Source: Chloroflexota bacterium
Lineage (GTDB): Bacteria > Chloroflexota > Dehalococcoidia > Lucifugimonadales > UBA3495
Assembly (NCBI GenBank): GCA_009840175.1
Contig: VXOI01000216.1
Coordinates: 1,774 to 65,773, forward strand
Direction: 5' to 3'
DNA: 64,000 bases
The translations under genes and the position numbers were made by a program. A model generated the notes under the pieces. That model was not told the origin of the DNA. It did no database searches and saw only the letters and a list, made by a program, of their open reading frames with translations. Of this stretch, positions 1 to 9,369 are shown piece after piece. The stretch's first letter is position 1. Each line of letters opens with the position of its first letter.

Positions 1-440
1 TTCTGATTCAGCTTGCGGACGAAGTTGCCTATGTCTTCGATGACGTAGACCACATGGCTGCACAGCGACACGTCGGCAGGTTCCACCACTGCGGTCAGCC
101 AATCGGACTCGACAACTTCAACAGCAATGCCCGACTCGTCAGCGGTTTCGCGCAGCACGGCGCACATACTGGGCGATGGCTCGACGGCTGTCACTGAGCG
201 GCAACTGAGGGCCAGCGGCAACGCCAGCCGTCCGCCGCCCGCGCCCACGTCCAGCAGCGTATCTTCAGGACGAAGGTAGGCGCGCAGCCGCTCCACCAGA
301 ACGTCGTCCGTGCGGTGCGGGTCGGCCTTGAACTGGCGGGCGTACTGCGTCCAGTGGTCGGTTGGACGCACACCCCGCATCCGGTCCGACTGTTCATGCT
401 CCACCCGCACCATTTCGCCCCAGGTTTCCACAGCGCTCAT
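1..440 (-). CDS. Class I SAM-dependent methyltransferase (3' end lies off the left edge of the window)
   Basis: My reverse-complement translation from the ATG at 438-440 gives MSAVETWGEMV...LLDVGAGGGRLALPLA (SAM-binding motif I). The frame stays open to position 1. It is absent from the ORF track because it is truncated by the window edge. Confidence 0.7.
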   Translation of the reverse strand, partial: MSAVETWGEMVRVEHEQSDRMRGVRPTDHWTQYARQFKADPHRTDDVLVERLRAYLRPEDTLLDVGAGGGRLALPLALSCRSVTAVEPSPSMCAVLRETADESGIAVEVVESDWLTAVVEPADVSLCSHVVYVIEDIGNFVRKLNQ

Positions 441-495
441 AGGTTCCTCTCGCCATCTTTGGAAGGATTGCCGACCGGAATAAGACGGAACTGCA

Positions 496-960
496 TTATC
501 GGAAGCGATTGTCGGGGGTGGTCCAGCGCAGCCGGGCGCCGACATTCACAAACCCCGCGCGCTCGTAAAACTCGATCTGGCGCTCGCCGATGCGCGGTGT
601 TCCCAGCTCAACGACCTGGCAACCGCTGGCGACTGCGTGCTCCAGGGCGAAGTCAATGACCGCCCTGCCGACACCGGAGCTGCGCCAGTCGGATTCAACG
701 TACATCTCCTGGAATATGGCATACCGCCCAATCGTGCGCACGGCCTGAACAAAGGATGCCGTACAGACGGCCCTCGCTGCGCCGTCCACTTCGGCGATTA
801 CAATAAACCCGGCATCTCCCCCGGCTGTAAGTTCGTCAAGAACCGGACCCGCCGCGTCCACAGGCCGTGAAGAACCGCCAAGCTCAACCAGCAAACCGTT
901 CACCAGCCGCAGGACTTCATCGCGGTCGGACGGTCTAGCCAGCCTGACGTTCAGTGCCAT
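496..960 (-). CDS. GNAT family N-acetyltransferase
   Basis: The C-terminal 154 aa of ORF 496..1215 start at an internal Met (MALNVRLARPSD...). GNAT acetyl-CoA motif WRSSGVGRAVIDFALEHA. The longer N-terminal extension runs through a hairpin repeat and is Arg/Pro-rich. Confidence 0.8.
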   Translation of the reverse strand: MALNVRLARPSDRDEVLRLVNGLLVELGGSSRPVDAAGPVLDELTAGGDAGFIVIAEVDGAARAVCTASFVQAVRTIGRYAIFQEMYVESDWRSSGVGRAVIDFALEHAVASGCQVVELGTPRIGERQIEFYERAGFVNVGARLRWTTPDNRFR

Positions 961-989
961 AGCAACTCCTACCGGAGATGATTGCAAAA

Positions 990-1020
990 CTCCCTCACCC
1001 TTGAGGGTGAGGGTGAAATC
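990..1020. repeat. REP-like hairpin repeat, family A copy 1 (CCCTCACCC-TTGA-GGGTGAGGG)
   Basis: Perfect 9 bp stem at 992-1000 and 1005-1013. It lies in the divergent region between the GNAT and sugar dehydrogenase genes and is related to 7 other copies in the window. Confidence 0.8.
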
Positions 1021-1091
1021 GCTGGAACGCAAAGCAGTCCGTTGGGAATTATACTCTCGCCCAGCAATGCCGAGCCGACGGAACTCAGGAA

Positions 1092-2327
1092 ATGTGTAAA
1101 ATTGAAGGCATGGGCGGAATAGTAACAATACTGCTGGCCGTGTTCGCCGCGCTGGTCGCCGGATGCGGCAGTCCCTCGCTGACACAGTTACCCGCAACTG
1201 CTCCGCTGTCCGCACCGTCCGAACCTACCCTGGAAACACTGCGGCTGGAGAGCGTCGTCAGCGCCGCTATCCTGGGGTTGATGGAGTTTGAGGATCCCAC
1301 CAATTTCGCTCAGGCGCCGGATAGATGGGTGTATGTCAGCGGCCAGCCAGGGCTGATAGTTGCCATCTCAGATCCCGCCCCACAGAAAGAAGGCAAAACT
1401 CACTCCGTCTACGAAATCCTGGACATCCGTGAGCAGGTCAGCGACCGGGGATGGGAGGAGGGTCTGTTAGGGCTGGCTATTGATCCTTATGACGCTGCGT
1501 ATCTGTATCTCTACTATTCTGCGGCCAACCCGCGCCGCTCAGTAGTGTCCAGGTTTTCCATCCCGGGGCCCGACAGCCCTGCCGCTGCCGACCCGAACAG
1601 CGAACTGGTTATCCTGGAGGTGCCGCAGCCCTACGCCAACCACAACGGAGGGCAGCTTGCCTTCGGCCCGGATGGCTACCTGTACATCGGCCTCGGCGAC
1701 GGTGGGTCGGCGGGCGACCCGCAGGGCAATGGGCAGGACACCTCTACGCTACTGGGCACAATCCTGCGCATTGACGTATCCGAGGCGACGAAAGAGCAGA
1801 CCTACACCATCCCGCCGGACAATCCTTTCGCCGACGGTGGTGGCAGGCCGGAAATCTGGGCCTACGGCCTGCGCAACCCCTGGCGCTTCTCCTTCGACCG
1901 CGAGACCGGCGAGCTGTGGGCTGGGGATGTGGGCCAGAACCGCTGGGAAGAGATAGACATCATCGAGCGTGGCGGCAACTATGGCTGGAACGCCATGGAG
2001 GGCAACCACTGCTTCCGCCCGCCATCCGGCTGCGAAAGCGAGGGCTTTATTCCTCCGGTGTGGGAGTATCCGCTGGAAGACGAGGCCTATTCGGTCATCG
2101 GCGGCTACGTCTATCGCGGCGCGGCCATACCGTGGCTGATTGGCGTCTATGTCTACGGGGACTTCTGCACCGGCCAGGTCTTCGGTCTGCGCTACGCTGA
2201 CGGCGAAGTGGTAGAACACAAGCTACTCGCCGACACCGGCCTGCGGATCGCATCCTTCGGGCAGGACAACGACGGCGAGTTGTATGTGCTGTCGCAGGGC
2301 GAGGGCATCTTCCGGCTTGTCAAGTAG
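1092..2327 (+). CDS. PQQ-dependent sugar (glucose/sorbosone) dehydrogenase family, probable lipoprotein
   Basis: Motifs HNGGQLAFGPDGYLYIGLGDGG, GLRNPWRFSFD, DVGQNRWEEID, GGNYGW. N-terminal LLAVFAALVAGCGS looks like a lipobox signal peptide. An alternative start exists at 1110. Confidence 0.85.
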   Translation: MCKIEGMGGIVTILLAVFAALVAGCGSPSLTQLPATAPLSAPSEPTLETLRLESVVSAAILGLMEFEDPTNFAQAPDRWVYVSGQPGLIVAISDPAPQKEGKTHSVYEILDIREQVSDRGWEEGLLGLAIDPYDAAYLYLYYSAANPRRSVVSRFSIPGPDSPAAADPNSELVILEVPQPYANHNGGQLAFGPDGYLYIGLGDGGSAGDPQGNGQDTSTLLGTILRIDVSEATKEQTYTIPPDNPFADGGGRPEIWAYGLRNPWRFSFDRETGELWAGDVGQNRWEEIDIIERGGNYGWNAMEGNHCFRPPSGCESEGFIPPVWEYPLEDEAYSVIGGYVYRGAAIPWLIGVYVYGDFCTGQVFGLRYADGEVVEHKLLADTGLRIASFGQDNDGELYVLSQGEGIFRLVK

Positions 2328-2344
2328 TTGTTTCCCAGAGATTT

Positions 2345-2385
2345 CCCCCTCACCCTAACCCTCTCCCTGAGGGAGAGGGGATTTT
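2345..2385. repeat. REP-like hairpin repeat, family A copy 2
   Basis: CCCTCACCC-TAA-CCCTCTCCC-TGA-GGGAGAGGG, with stem at 2359-2367 and 2371-2379. It lies between convergent genes. Confidence 0.8.
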
Positions 2386-2403
2386 AGAGACGGTTGCACC
2401 AAC

Positions 2404-3141
2404 CTACGCCGACAGGTGCTTGCCGTAGAACTCCAGCACGCGGTGCCACATATCCTGGGCCGGGGCGGCGCGGTAGCTGGGGCGGTAGTCGGCGAAGAAG
2501 GCGTGTCCGGCGTTGTCGTACATCACCCACTCGTAGGTCTTGCCGTGCTTGTCCAGCTCGGCCTTCAGCCGCTCGGCCTGTTCGGGCGTGGGATTCTGGT
2601 CCTCAATGCCAAAGAGCGCGAGCAGAGGGCAGGAGAGGCCGGAAACCATATCTATGGGGTTGACCGGGCGCAGGTCGGTAATTTCCTGGTCTGCGATGTG
2701 CCCGCCCGCAGAGTCCACGGCGGCGTCAATGTTGCTGCTGTGGCAGGCCATCATCAGCGTGTAGCGTCCACCGGAGCAGAAGCCGATGATGCCCACCTTG
2801 CCGTTGCTGTGGGCCTGCGACTTGAGGAAGAGGGCTGCACCGTCGAGGTCGTCCATCGCCCGCGAATCGGGGCTGGCGAAGAGCGTGGCAAGCACGTTCT
2901 CCGGCTCCGGCGTGCCCTCGCGGGTATAGAGGTCGGGCGCGATGGCCAGGAAGCCACGCCCGGCGAAGCGCACGGCGATGTCCTTGTGATGGTCCATAAG
3001 GCCCATGCCTTCCATGGTGACAATGACGGCGGGGTAATTGCCCGGCTCGGCGGGCCGACTGTAAAGGGCGTCAATCATGGTTCCGTCGCGGCTGGCGTAC
3101 TGGATCATGCCGGTCTCAAGCTGCTGTCCTGCCAGTACCAT
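2404..3141 (-). CDS. Dienelactone hydrolase family protein (carboxymethylenebutenolidase-like)
   Basis: Alpha/beta-hydrolase with nucleophile motif GIIGFCSGG and a C-terminal AGHAFF histidine region. GGAGGTGG Shine-Dalgarno sequence upstream of the ATG at 3141. Confidence 0.8.
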   Translation of the reverse strand: MVLAGQQLETGMIQYASRDGTMIDALYSRPAEPGNYPAVIVTMEGMGLMDHHKDIAVRFAGRGFLAIAPDLYTREGTPEPENVLATLFASPDSRAMDDLDGAALFLKSQAHSNGKVGIIGFCSGGRYTLMMACHSSNIDAAVDSAGGHIADQEITDLRPVNPIDMVSGLSCPLLALFGIEDQNPTPEQAERLKAELDKHGKTYEWVMYDNAGHAFFADYRPSYRAAPAQDMWHRVLEFYGKHLSA

Positions 3142-3304
3142 CGTTCCACCTCCGGGTGCGTCGGATGATGTAGTTTAACCCACGCGCCACAGGGCTGCAC
3201 CGTCGCCAGTTTCGTCCGAAGCCGCGATTGACGCAAGTGCCTTGGGGACTTACTCTGAAGCCACCCTATTCCGGGGAATCCGACAGGTGGGAGTCGCCAT
3301 AGAC

Positions 3305-4177
3305 ATGGTTATCAGCAAGCAGTCAACCTACGAAATTGAAGTACAGGACGTGGAATATCTCCGCCACGGAGATCAGCCGATGCTGGCGCGGGTGTTCAGG
3401 CCCATCGGCACTGGGCCTTTCCCGATTATGGTCGAGCTGCACGGCGGCGCTTGGGTCAGGGGAGACCGCCAGATAGGCAACGCCGCCAACGAAGAGTTGG
3501 CGAGGAACGGCGTCATCGTGGCGGCGCTGGATTTCCGCGTCCCGCCGGTGGCGCCCTATCCGGCCTCCCTTGCCGACATCCACTACGGCATTCGCTGGTG
3601 CAAGACGCAGGCTGAGTCCTGGAACGGCTTCCCAGGTGTCGTTGGCGCAATGGGCACCTCCAGCGGCGCGCACCAGGCTATGCTGCTGGGTATGCGCCCT
3701 AACGATCCCCGCTACACGTCGCTGCCGCTCTCGAATGGAGCCAGCGAAATGGACGGCTCCCTGGGCTGCGTAATCATGGTTTCTCCGGTGATTGATCCGC
3801 TGGGGCGCTATCGCTACGCCAAGGGCCTGCGGGAGGACTGCACGCCGCCCGCCGGAATCTTCGAGAGAGTCGTGCCCATGCACGACCTGTACTGGGAGAC
3901 CGAGGAGGCCATGGCCGAGGCTGCCCCTGCCCGTATGCTCGCCCGAGGAGAGCGCACGGACTTGCCGCCGACGCTGTGCCTGGCGCGCAGCTACGAGGAA
4001 GCTCATCCGCGCCCCGATCTCGACGAGTTCATCCTGCAATACCGCAAGGCCGGCGGGCAGCTCGACGTGACGATATTCGAGGGAGAGGGCGAAAGGATAT
4101 TGCAGGACATTTCCACCCCGGTAGCGAAGCAGGCTCTCGAACGGATGACGGCGTATATCCATCAGCACATCGGGTAA
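3305..4177 (+). CDS. Alpha/beta hydrolase (esterase/lipase, fold-3 type)
   Basis: Oxyanion motif HGGAW and nucleophile elbow GTSSGAH. The ORF track opens at a TTG at 3242. I prefer the ATG at 3305 (MVISKQ...). Confidence 0.75.
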   Translation: MVISKQSTYEIEVQDVEYLRHGDQPMLARVFRPIGTGPFPIMVELHGGAWVRGDRQIGNAANEELARNGVIVAALDFRVPPVAPYPASLADIHYGIRWCKTQAESWNGFPGVVGAMGTSSGAHQAMLLGMRPNDPRYTSLPLSNGASEMDGSLGCVIMVSPVIDPLGRYRYAKGLREDCTPPAGIFERVVPMHDLYWETEEAMAEAAPARMLARGERTDLPPTLCLARSYEEAHPRPDLDEFILQYRKAGGQLDVTIFEGEGERILQDISTPVAKQALERMTAYIHQHIG

Positions 4178-4186
4178 GGGGACGGG

Positions 4187-5017
4187 ATGATTGTAGTAAC
4201 CGGAGCGGCGGGAAGGCTGGGACGCCGCGTAGTGCAGTTGCTGGCAGACCGGGGTAAAGACGTTCTGGCAACCGACCAGGTGGGTGCCGACGACCTTCCA
4301 GTAGAGTTCGTGCGTTGCCATCTAGGCGACGCTACGGCGGTGCATGGTGTCCTCAAGGACGCTGAATCCGTCGTCCACATGGGAGCGATCCCAGGGCCGA
4401 CGCGGGCGGAACCACGGGTCATCTTCGAGAACAATGTCTCCGCCGACTTCAACGTGATGATGTCGGCGGCGGAGCTGGGACTGCGGCGCGTTGTCTTTTC
4501 CTCCAGCGCCTTCGGCATGGGATGGGCCCACGACGGCAACGCCTTCGTGCCGCTGTACCTGCCGCTGGACGAGGAGCACCCCATGATGCCCTTCGAGCCA
4601 TACGGCCTGACCAAGCAGGTTGGCGAGGACATCGGCAGGATGATCGCCCGCAATTCCGGCACCACCGTCGTCAGTCTGCGGTTTACCAACGTGGCGCTGC
4701 CCGAGGTGCAGGCGGAGTTTCCCTGGCCTGCACCAACGCCGGAGAATCCCCTGACGCTGGTGATGTGGGCCTACGCCGATGCGAGGGACGTGGCCGAGGC
4801 CCACGTACTGGCGCTGGATGCGGAAATAGAAGAGTATGAAGCGTTCATGCTCGCTCAGCCCACCAGCCGTTTCAATGAGCCGACCATTGACATTGTCAAG
4901 AGCAACTTCGGCGACCGTGTCGAGATAAGGGAAGGGTTGACCGGCACCAGCAGCGTCATCAGCACAGCGAAGGCCCAGCGGTTGCTGGGCTGGAAACCCC
5001 GTCACGACTGGAGGTAG
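4187..5017 (+). CDS. NAD-dependent epimerase/dehydratase (extended SDR)
   Basis: N-terminal Rossmann motif VVTGAAGRLG with a YxxxK-type core (PYGLTKQVGE). Confidence 0.8.
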   Translation: MIVVTGAAGRLGRRVVQLLADRGKDVLATDQVGADDLPVEFVRCHLGDATAVHGVLKDAESVVHMGAIPGPTRAEPRVIFENNVSADFNVMMSAAELGLRRVVFSSSAFGMGWAHDGNAFVPLYLPLDEEHPMMPFEPYGLTKQVGEDIGRMIARNSGTTVVSLRFTNVALPEVQAEFPWPAPTPENPLTLVMWAYADARDVAEAHVLALDAEIEEYEAFMLAQPTSRFNEPTIDIVKSNFGDRVEIREGLTGTSSVISTAKAQRLLGWKPRHDWR

Positions 5018-5052
5018 GCGGCAGGGGTTGCATCTTCTCAGTTAGACACTAC

Positions 5053-5079
5053 AGGGCCCGGCAAAGTTTGCCGGGCCCT
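5053..5079. terminator. GC-rich hairpin between convergent genes (possible bidirectional terminator)
   Basis: AGGGCCCGGC-AAAGTTT-GCCGGGCCCT, a 10 bp stem. No clear U-tract. Confidence 0.4.
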
Positions 5080-5106
5080 TGAAGTGCCCAAGAGACGAAA
5101 GGCAAC

Positions 5107-6261
5107 CTACTCAGGTATGCCCAAAGCCTTTCGCACCGCCGCGCCAATGGGGGTAAGCGGGCTTTCTTCCGGCGGCCCGTGGGGAACCATGCGGTTATGC
5201 TGAATGGCAACGGCCAGCCGGTGCTGTGGAACAGCCCAACCCAGGCAGCCGCCGGCCCCGTTATGCCCGAAGGCCAGCGGATTGCTGCCCATTGCGCCCA
5301 TACCCGGGCTGCCGGCGAAGTGGAAACCCCCGATGGTGCCGTTATGAGGTGTGCCACTTACAATGTCGTAGTCGCTGGGCGGGCGGGGTACGTGGAAGGT
5401 CCGCACCCGGTCCTCGGAAAGCAGACGCACACCGTCCAGCTCGCCGCCGTTGGCCAGCATCGCGTAGAACCGGGCCTGGCTCCGGGCATTCATTATCCCC
5501 TGTGCCCCCGGAATGCAGGCTTGGCGCACGTCGGAGCGGCCAAACACCTCCTGGGTGGTTGCAACCTCCGGTGGCGTGGCCCTGGGCCGCAGCGAGTCCG
5601 GCGGCACTCCCGGCGCGCCGGGAGGAATCGGCGGCAGATTGGTGAGCCTGGCGACCCGCGGTTCAACCTCTGACGGAATCCCAGCCCACAGGCCGGTGAT
5701 GCCGAGGGGTTGGCAGATTTCTTCCTGGATGAACTGGCCGAACGGCCGGTGCCTGGGATCAGTGCGGCGCACTATCTCGCCCACTACCCACCCGAAGGTA
5801 TAGGCCATGTAGCCGCTGCGGGTGCCCGGCTCGAAGAGCGGGTGCATCTCCGCGATCTGGCCCACCATCCAGTCCCAATCGCACATCAACTCCGGGGTAA
5901 CCCCCACGGGCATCAGGGGCACTCCGATGCGGTGGGTCAGCGCATCGAACACCGTTCCCTTGTCCTTGCCGTACTTGCCGAACTCGGGCCAGTACTTGGC
6001 CACCGGCTGGTAGTAGTCCACCAGCCCTCGTTCCGCCTGGATGTGAAGCGCCGTCGCCGTCATAGCCTTTATGTTGGAGAAGACAGGGAAGAGGGTGTCG
6101 CCATCAACCTCTTGGCCGGTGGTTTCGTCAGCCAGGCCGCCCCACTGGTCAATCACCAGTTCGCTGTCCAGGTATGCCGCCACCTGTACTCCGATTTCAC
6201 CCCGCTCTCCGATAGCGACATCAATAGCTTCCTGTACGATGCTCTGAGGACTCTCCGCCAT
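5107..6261 (-). CDS. Serine hydrolase, beta-lactamase/EstB-like family
   Basis: SxxK motif FSNIKAMT. Start chosen at MAESPQSIV (ATG at 6259-6261), which has GGAGAG upstream. Confidence 0.8.
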   Translation of the reverse strand: MAESPQSIVQEAIDVAIGERGEIGVQVAAYLDSELVIDQWGGLADETTGQEVDGDTLFPVFSNIKAMTATALHIQAERGLVDYYQPVAKYWPEFGKYGKDKGTVFDALTHRIGVPLMPVGVTPELMCDWDWMVGQIAEMHPLFEPGTRSGYMAYTFGWVVGEIVRRTDPRHRPFGQFIQEEICQPLGITGLWAGIPSEVEPRVARLTNLPPIPPGAPGVPPDSLRPRATPPEVATTQEVFGRSDVRQACIPGAQGIMNARSQARFYAMLANGGELDGVRLLSEDRVRTFHVPRPPSDYDIVSGTPHNGTIGGFHFAGSPGMGAMGSNPLAFGHNGAGGCLGWAVPQHRLAVAIQHNRMVPHGPPEESPLTPIGAAVRKALGIPE

Positions 6262-6343
6262 AGTAGCGTCTCTCCGTGGATGATTTATCTTACCGGCCTG
6301 GGCTGTCATACCCAGGACGTTGGCACGAAGCCTGCGAGGAATG

Positions 6344-7639
6344 CTAAGACTTGTGCGGCGGGTTGCTGATGTATTCCTCTGCCTTGCGGAGACCCAGTTC
6401 CCGCAGTTGCCTGGTGTCCTCGTCGGCGTTGGACGCCGGAGGCAGCGGGACCTGCGTGTCTATGCAGAACGTGGAAACGTGACCGTTCTCGTCCGTCCCC
6501 AGGGAGCCGGGTCCCTCACCCGCCTGCACGCCCCTTATGCCCCTTCGCAGTTGCCGACGGAACATCGTGACGCCCCGGTCGGTCGCGCCCAGGTGCTCCA
6601 GTCCATGGACGGCGATGGAGCGCTGGCTGACCTGGGCCTCGTAGTCGCTGGGCTGGAGCTGCTGGTCCCGGAAGTTGTCAGATATGGGAAGCTGCGCGGG
6701 CAGCATCTGGTCGCGGTCCAGCCACCAGGCAGGTTCCCGCTCTTCGGAATCGGAAATATGGCGAAGCTCCAGAATCATCGTGCTGGTGTCGTCCCGCGGC
6801 ACGATCCAGCGCGTCATCATCGGGCCGTCCAACCCTTCCTCCGGCCCCTTGCCGTCGTTCCAGATGGGAGCTATCTGTTGCACATTGGGCAGCACGCACT
6901 CCGTCGTCCGCACCCACACGTTGTCACCGACCCGCCGGGTGCCCATCGAGATCGCCCCCGCGGGCGTCTCCATGAAGTCGAGATTGGGAATGACCCCGAA
7001 CTCGTCAGTGAACTGCGTCCCAGCCACTATGGTATGCAGGAAGGAAGCGTGAACCGGGTCCATGGCATTCTCGAGTATTTGTAGCCAGTTGCACGGGTAG
7101 TCGTACCGCTTGCCGGGCATCAGCCGGTATCCATCGCGCTCGTAAGTGTCCAGGATGGGAAAGTCAGGAATTTCTTCGGGCGGGCCCATGTAGGCGAAGA
7201 TGATGCCCTGGAACTCGTGGACCGGGTACGCGCCGTGGCAGAGGCGGTCCTTGAAGGTGCTGCCAGCGGGCTCGCCGGGCGTTTCCAGGATGGTGCCGTC
7301 AACGTCGAAGAGCCACCCGTGGTAACAGCAGCGGATTCCCCGCTCGGAAACCAGTCCGAACTCCAGCGAAGTGCCCCGATGGGGGCAGTGGGCCTCGACC
7401 AGCCCGATGCGTCCGCTGAAGTCGCGGAAGGCAACCAGCTCTTCGCCAAGAATCTTCAGGCCGACGGGCACGTCGGCAAGTTCATCTGCGTAGCACACCG
7501 GCTGCCAGAACCGGCGCAGGTACTCACCCGCCGGGGTGCCGGGGCCGATGCGGGTCAACTCCGCGTCTTCCTGGGGAACCTGCGAATGGTAGTAGGCGCC
7601 GTATGTGCTCGAAAGGAAGGGAGCTCGGGTGGTTGCCAT
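6344..7639 (-). CDS. Rieske [2Fe-2S] non-heme-iron oxygenase, alpha subunit type
   Basis: Rieske motif CPHRGTSLEFG...CCYHGW and mononuclear Fe motif ENAMDPVHASFLH. GGGAGG Shine-Dalgarno sequence. No reductase or ferredoxin gene lies next to it. Confidence 0.9.
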   Translation of the reverse strand: MATTRAPFLSSTYGAYYHSQVPQEDAELTRIGPGTPAGEYLRRFWQPVCYADELADVPVGLKILGEELVAFRDFSGRIGLVEAHCPHRGTSLEFGLVSERGIRCCYHGWLFDVDGTILETPGEPAGSTFKDRLCHGAYPVHEFQGIIFAYMGPPEEIPDFPILDTYERDGYRLMPGKRYDYPCNWLQILENAMDPVHASFLHTIVAGTQFTDEFGVIPNLDFMETPAGAISMGTRRVGDNVWVRTTECVLPNVQQIAPIWNDGKGPEEGLDGPMMTRWIVPRDDTSTMILELRHISDSEEREPAWWLDRDQMLPAQLPISDNFRDQQLQPSDYEAQVSQRSIAVHGLEHLGATDRGVTMFRRQLRRGIRGVQAGEGPGSLGTDENGHVSTFCIDTQVPLPPASNADEDTRQLRELGLRKAEEYISNPPHKS

Positions 7640-7779
7640 CGTTTTCCTCCCTATGTGCGTCTCGGCTTTTGGGGAATAACGATACCTTTTCAGCTATCAT
7701 CGCACAAGACCGAAGCGCTGGTGATTCCTCTAAGGCGGAAACCGGGCGCTTCTCGCCATACGCGACGATTGCGAAGTGT

Positions 7780-7935
7780 TGTCTGAATCAGGACAGGAGT
7801 TACGCAGTTGACCGCTTTGTCACTCTGAGCGAAGCGAAGAGTCCTATCTCCGCAGACAGGGATTCTTCGCTTCGCTCAGAATGACAGGGCTGGACGGATG
7901 TTTTCAACCGCGTAACTCCTATCCTGATTCAGACA
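7780..7935. repeat. MITE-like nested inverted-repeat element M1 (about 156 bp)
   Basis: Outer arms TGTCTGAATCAGGACAGGAGTTACGC (7780-7805) and its complement at 7910-7935 match 25/26. Inner arms at 7818-7844 and 7860-7886 (TGTCAYTCTGAGCGAAGCGAAGARTCC) match 25/27. No plausible ORF. Confidence 0.8.
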
Positions 7936-7968
7936 TTTAAGTCGGACAATCCTTTCCAATCGTCCTGC

Positions 7969-9369
7969 CTAAATCCGGGGGCGGATGTTCTGGTTGTGGC
8001 TGAACAGGTTCGTCGGGTCGTACTTCTGTTTCAGGGCCGCCAGCCTCTGGAAGTTGTCCCCGAAGGCTGCCTGAATCTCCTCTTCACCTTCCTCTGCCTC
8101 CGTGCCAACCTGGTTGATGTATGCCCCCGATGAGAAAGGCGACAACGCCGAGGCCAGATCCCTGACCCATCGGATGTGGACCTCCGACTCACCTGGGTCA
8201 AGGAAGACCGCATTGGTGGCCCACTCGCACAGGGCTCCCCGGTGCCCGAAGGCGGTGTCGTTTACGGGCACGCGCCGGGCGGCGTTGCCCAGATACTGAA
8301 ACAGGATGGACGAGAGCGGCGAGGTTATCCGGTCGAAGTATTCCAACGCGATGTCCACCACGTCATCGCTGACCTGACTCATGAAGTGGGACTTCAGATA
8401 GTTGTTCCGTCCTGCTGGGGCAACCGCCAGCTTCTGCGCCTCGGTGTAAGGCATGGGACGAACACCGTCCAGCAGTGGCGGCCCGAATTCCCGGAGGGGA
8501 CGAATAACCCGCTCTCCTTCCTCGATAGAGCCGTGGTGGCAGAGGAGAATGGTGCAAACCTTATCGCCGCTTTCGGGGTGGGCGTTAAGGAAGGTAATCA
8601 GGTTCAGTTCGTCGGGCATGCTATCGGTCAGCTCGTTGACCATGGCGAAGAACCCATTCACCTTGCTGAACGGATAGACCAGGAAGCCCGCCAGCACCTC
8701 CGGGCCGACAGGATGCAGTTGATACTCGAGAGAGGTGACCACCCCGAAGTTGCCGCCGCCGCCCCTGAGCGCCCAGAGCAGATCGGGGTTCTCATTCGCA
8801 CTGGCCGTGAGCGAGCGCCCGTCGGCGGTTACCACGTCGGCGGAAACCAGGTTGTCGCAACTCAGGCCATGGCTGCCGGAAAGCCATCCGATGCCGCCGC
8901 CCAGGGTGAGACCGGCAATGCCGGTATCTACATCCGTCCCTCCCGGCGCGGCGAGTCCGAAAGCCTGGGTCTCGTGGTCGAATGCCCCCCACTTGGTACC
9001 GCCCTGCGCCCGGACAGTCCTGGCCGCCGGATCAACGCGAACGCCGGTCATGCGGGAAAGGTCAATCATCAGCCCGTCGTTGCAGACGCTGTTTCCCGGG
9101 AAGTTGTGGCCGCCGCCCCGCACTGAAATAAGCAGGTTGTTCTCCCTGGCGAAGTTGACCGAGTTGATCACATCGGCGGTTCCGCTGCATCGGGCGATCA
9201 GGGCAGGCCGTTTGTCCACCATGGCGTTCCAGACCTGCCGGGCCCCGTCATACCCAGCATCGCCAGGGAGCAGCGACTCACCATTCAGGATGCCCCTGAA
9301 GTCCTCGATTTCCGCTCCGCTGATGGCGGTGTAGTCGCCCGATAGGGTCGCAATTCTCAGGTCTGCCAT
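7969..9369 (-). CDS. FAD-linked oxidase with BBE (berberine-bridge-like) C-terminal domain
   Basis: VAO-type FAD domain with VRGGGHN (the usual covalent-FAD His context). C-terminal YDPTNLFSHNQNI is typical of the BBE domain. Confidence 0.85.
   Translation of the reverse strand: MADLRIATLSGDYTAISGAEIEDFRGILNGESLLPGDAGYDGARQVWNAMVDKRPALIARCSGTADVINSVNFARENNLLISVRGGGHNFPGNSVCNDGLMIDLSRMTGVRVDPAARTVRAQGGTKWGAFDHETQAFGLAAPGGTDVDTGIAGLTLGGGIGWLSGSHGLSCDNLVSADVVTADGRSLTASANENPDLLWALRGGGGNFGVVTSLEYQLHPVGPEVLAGFLVYPFSKVNGFFAMVNELTDSMPDELNLITFLNAHPESGDKVCTILLCHHGSIEEGERVIRPLREFGPPLLDGVRPMPYTEAQKLAVAPAGRNNYLKSHFMSQVSDDVVDIALEYFDRITSPLSSILFQYLGNAARRVPVNDTAFGHRGALCEWATNAVFLDPGESEVHIRWVRDLASALSPFSSGAYINQVGTEAEEGEEEIQAAFGDNFQRLAALKQKYDPTNLFSHNQNIRPRI

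Noticed and set aside
1-12. TTCTGATTCAG at the window start, which resembles the MITE terminus TCTGAATCAGG.
   Set aside because: It lies inside the methyltransferase coding frame (KLNQ), is only about 9 nt long, and has no partner arm. It is probably coincidence.
7603-7884. 93-aa plus-strand ORF ending ...VTLSEAKSPISADRDSSLRSE.
   Set aside because: It is a translation of the palindromic MITE-like element M1. The same peptide-like strings arise from the repeat core at M2.
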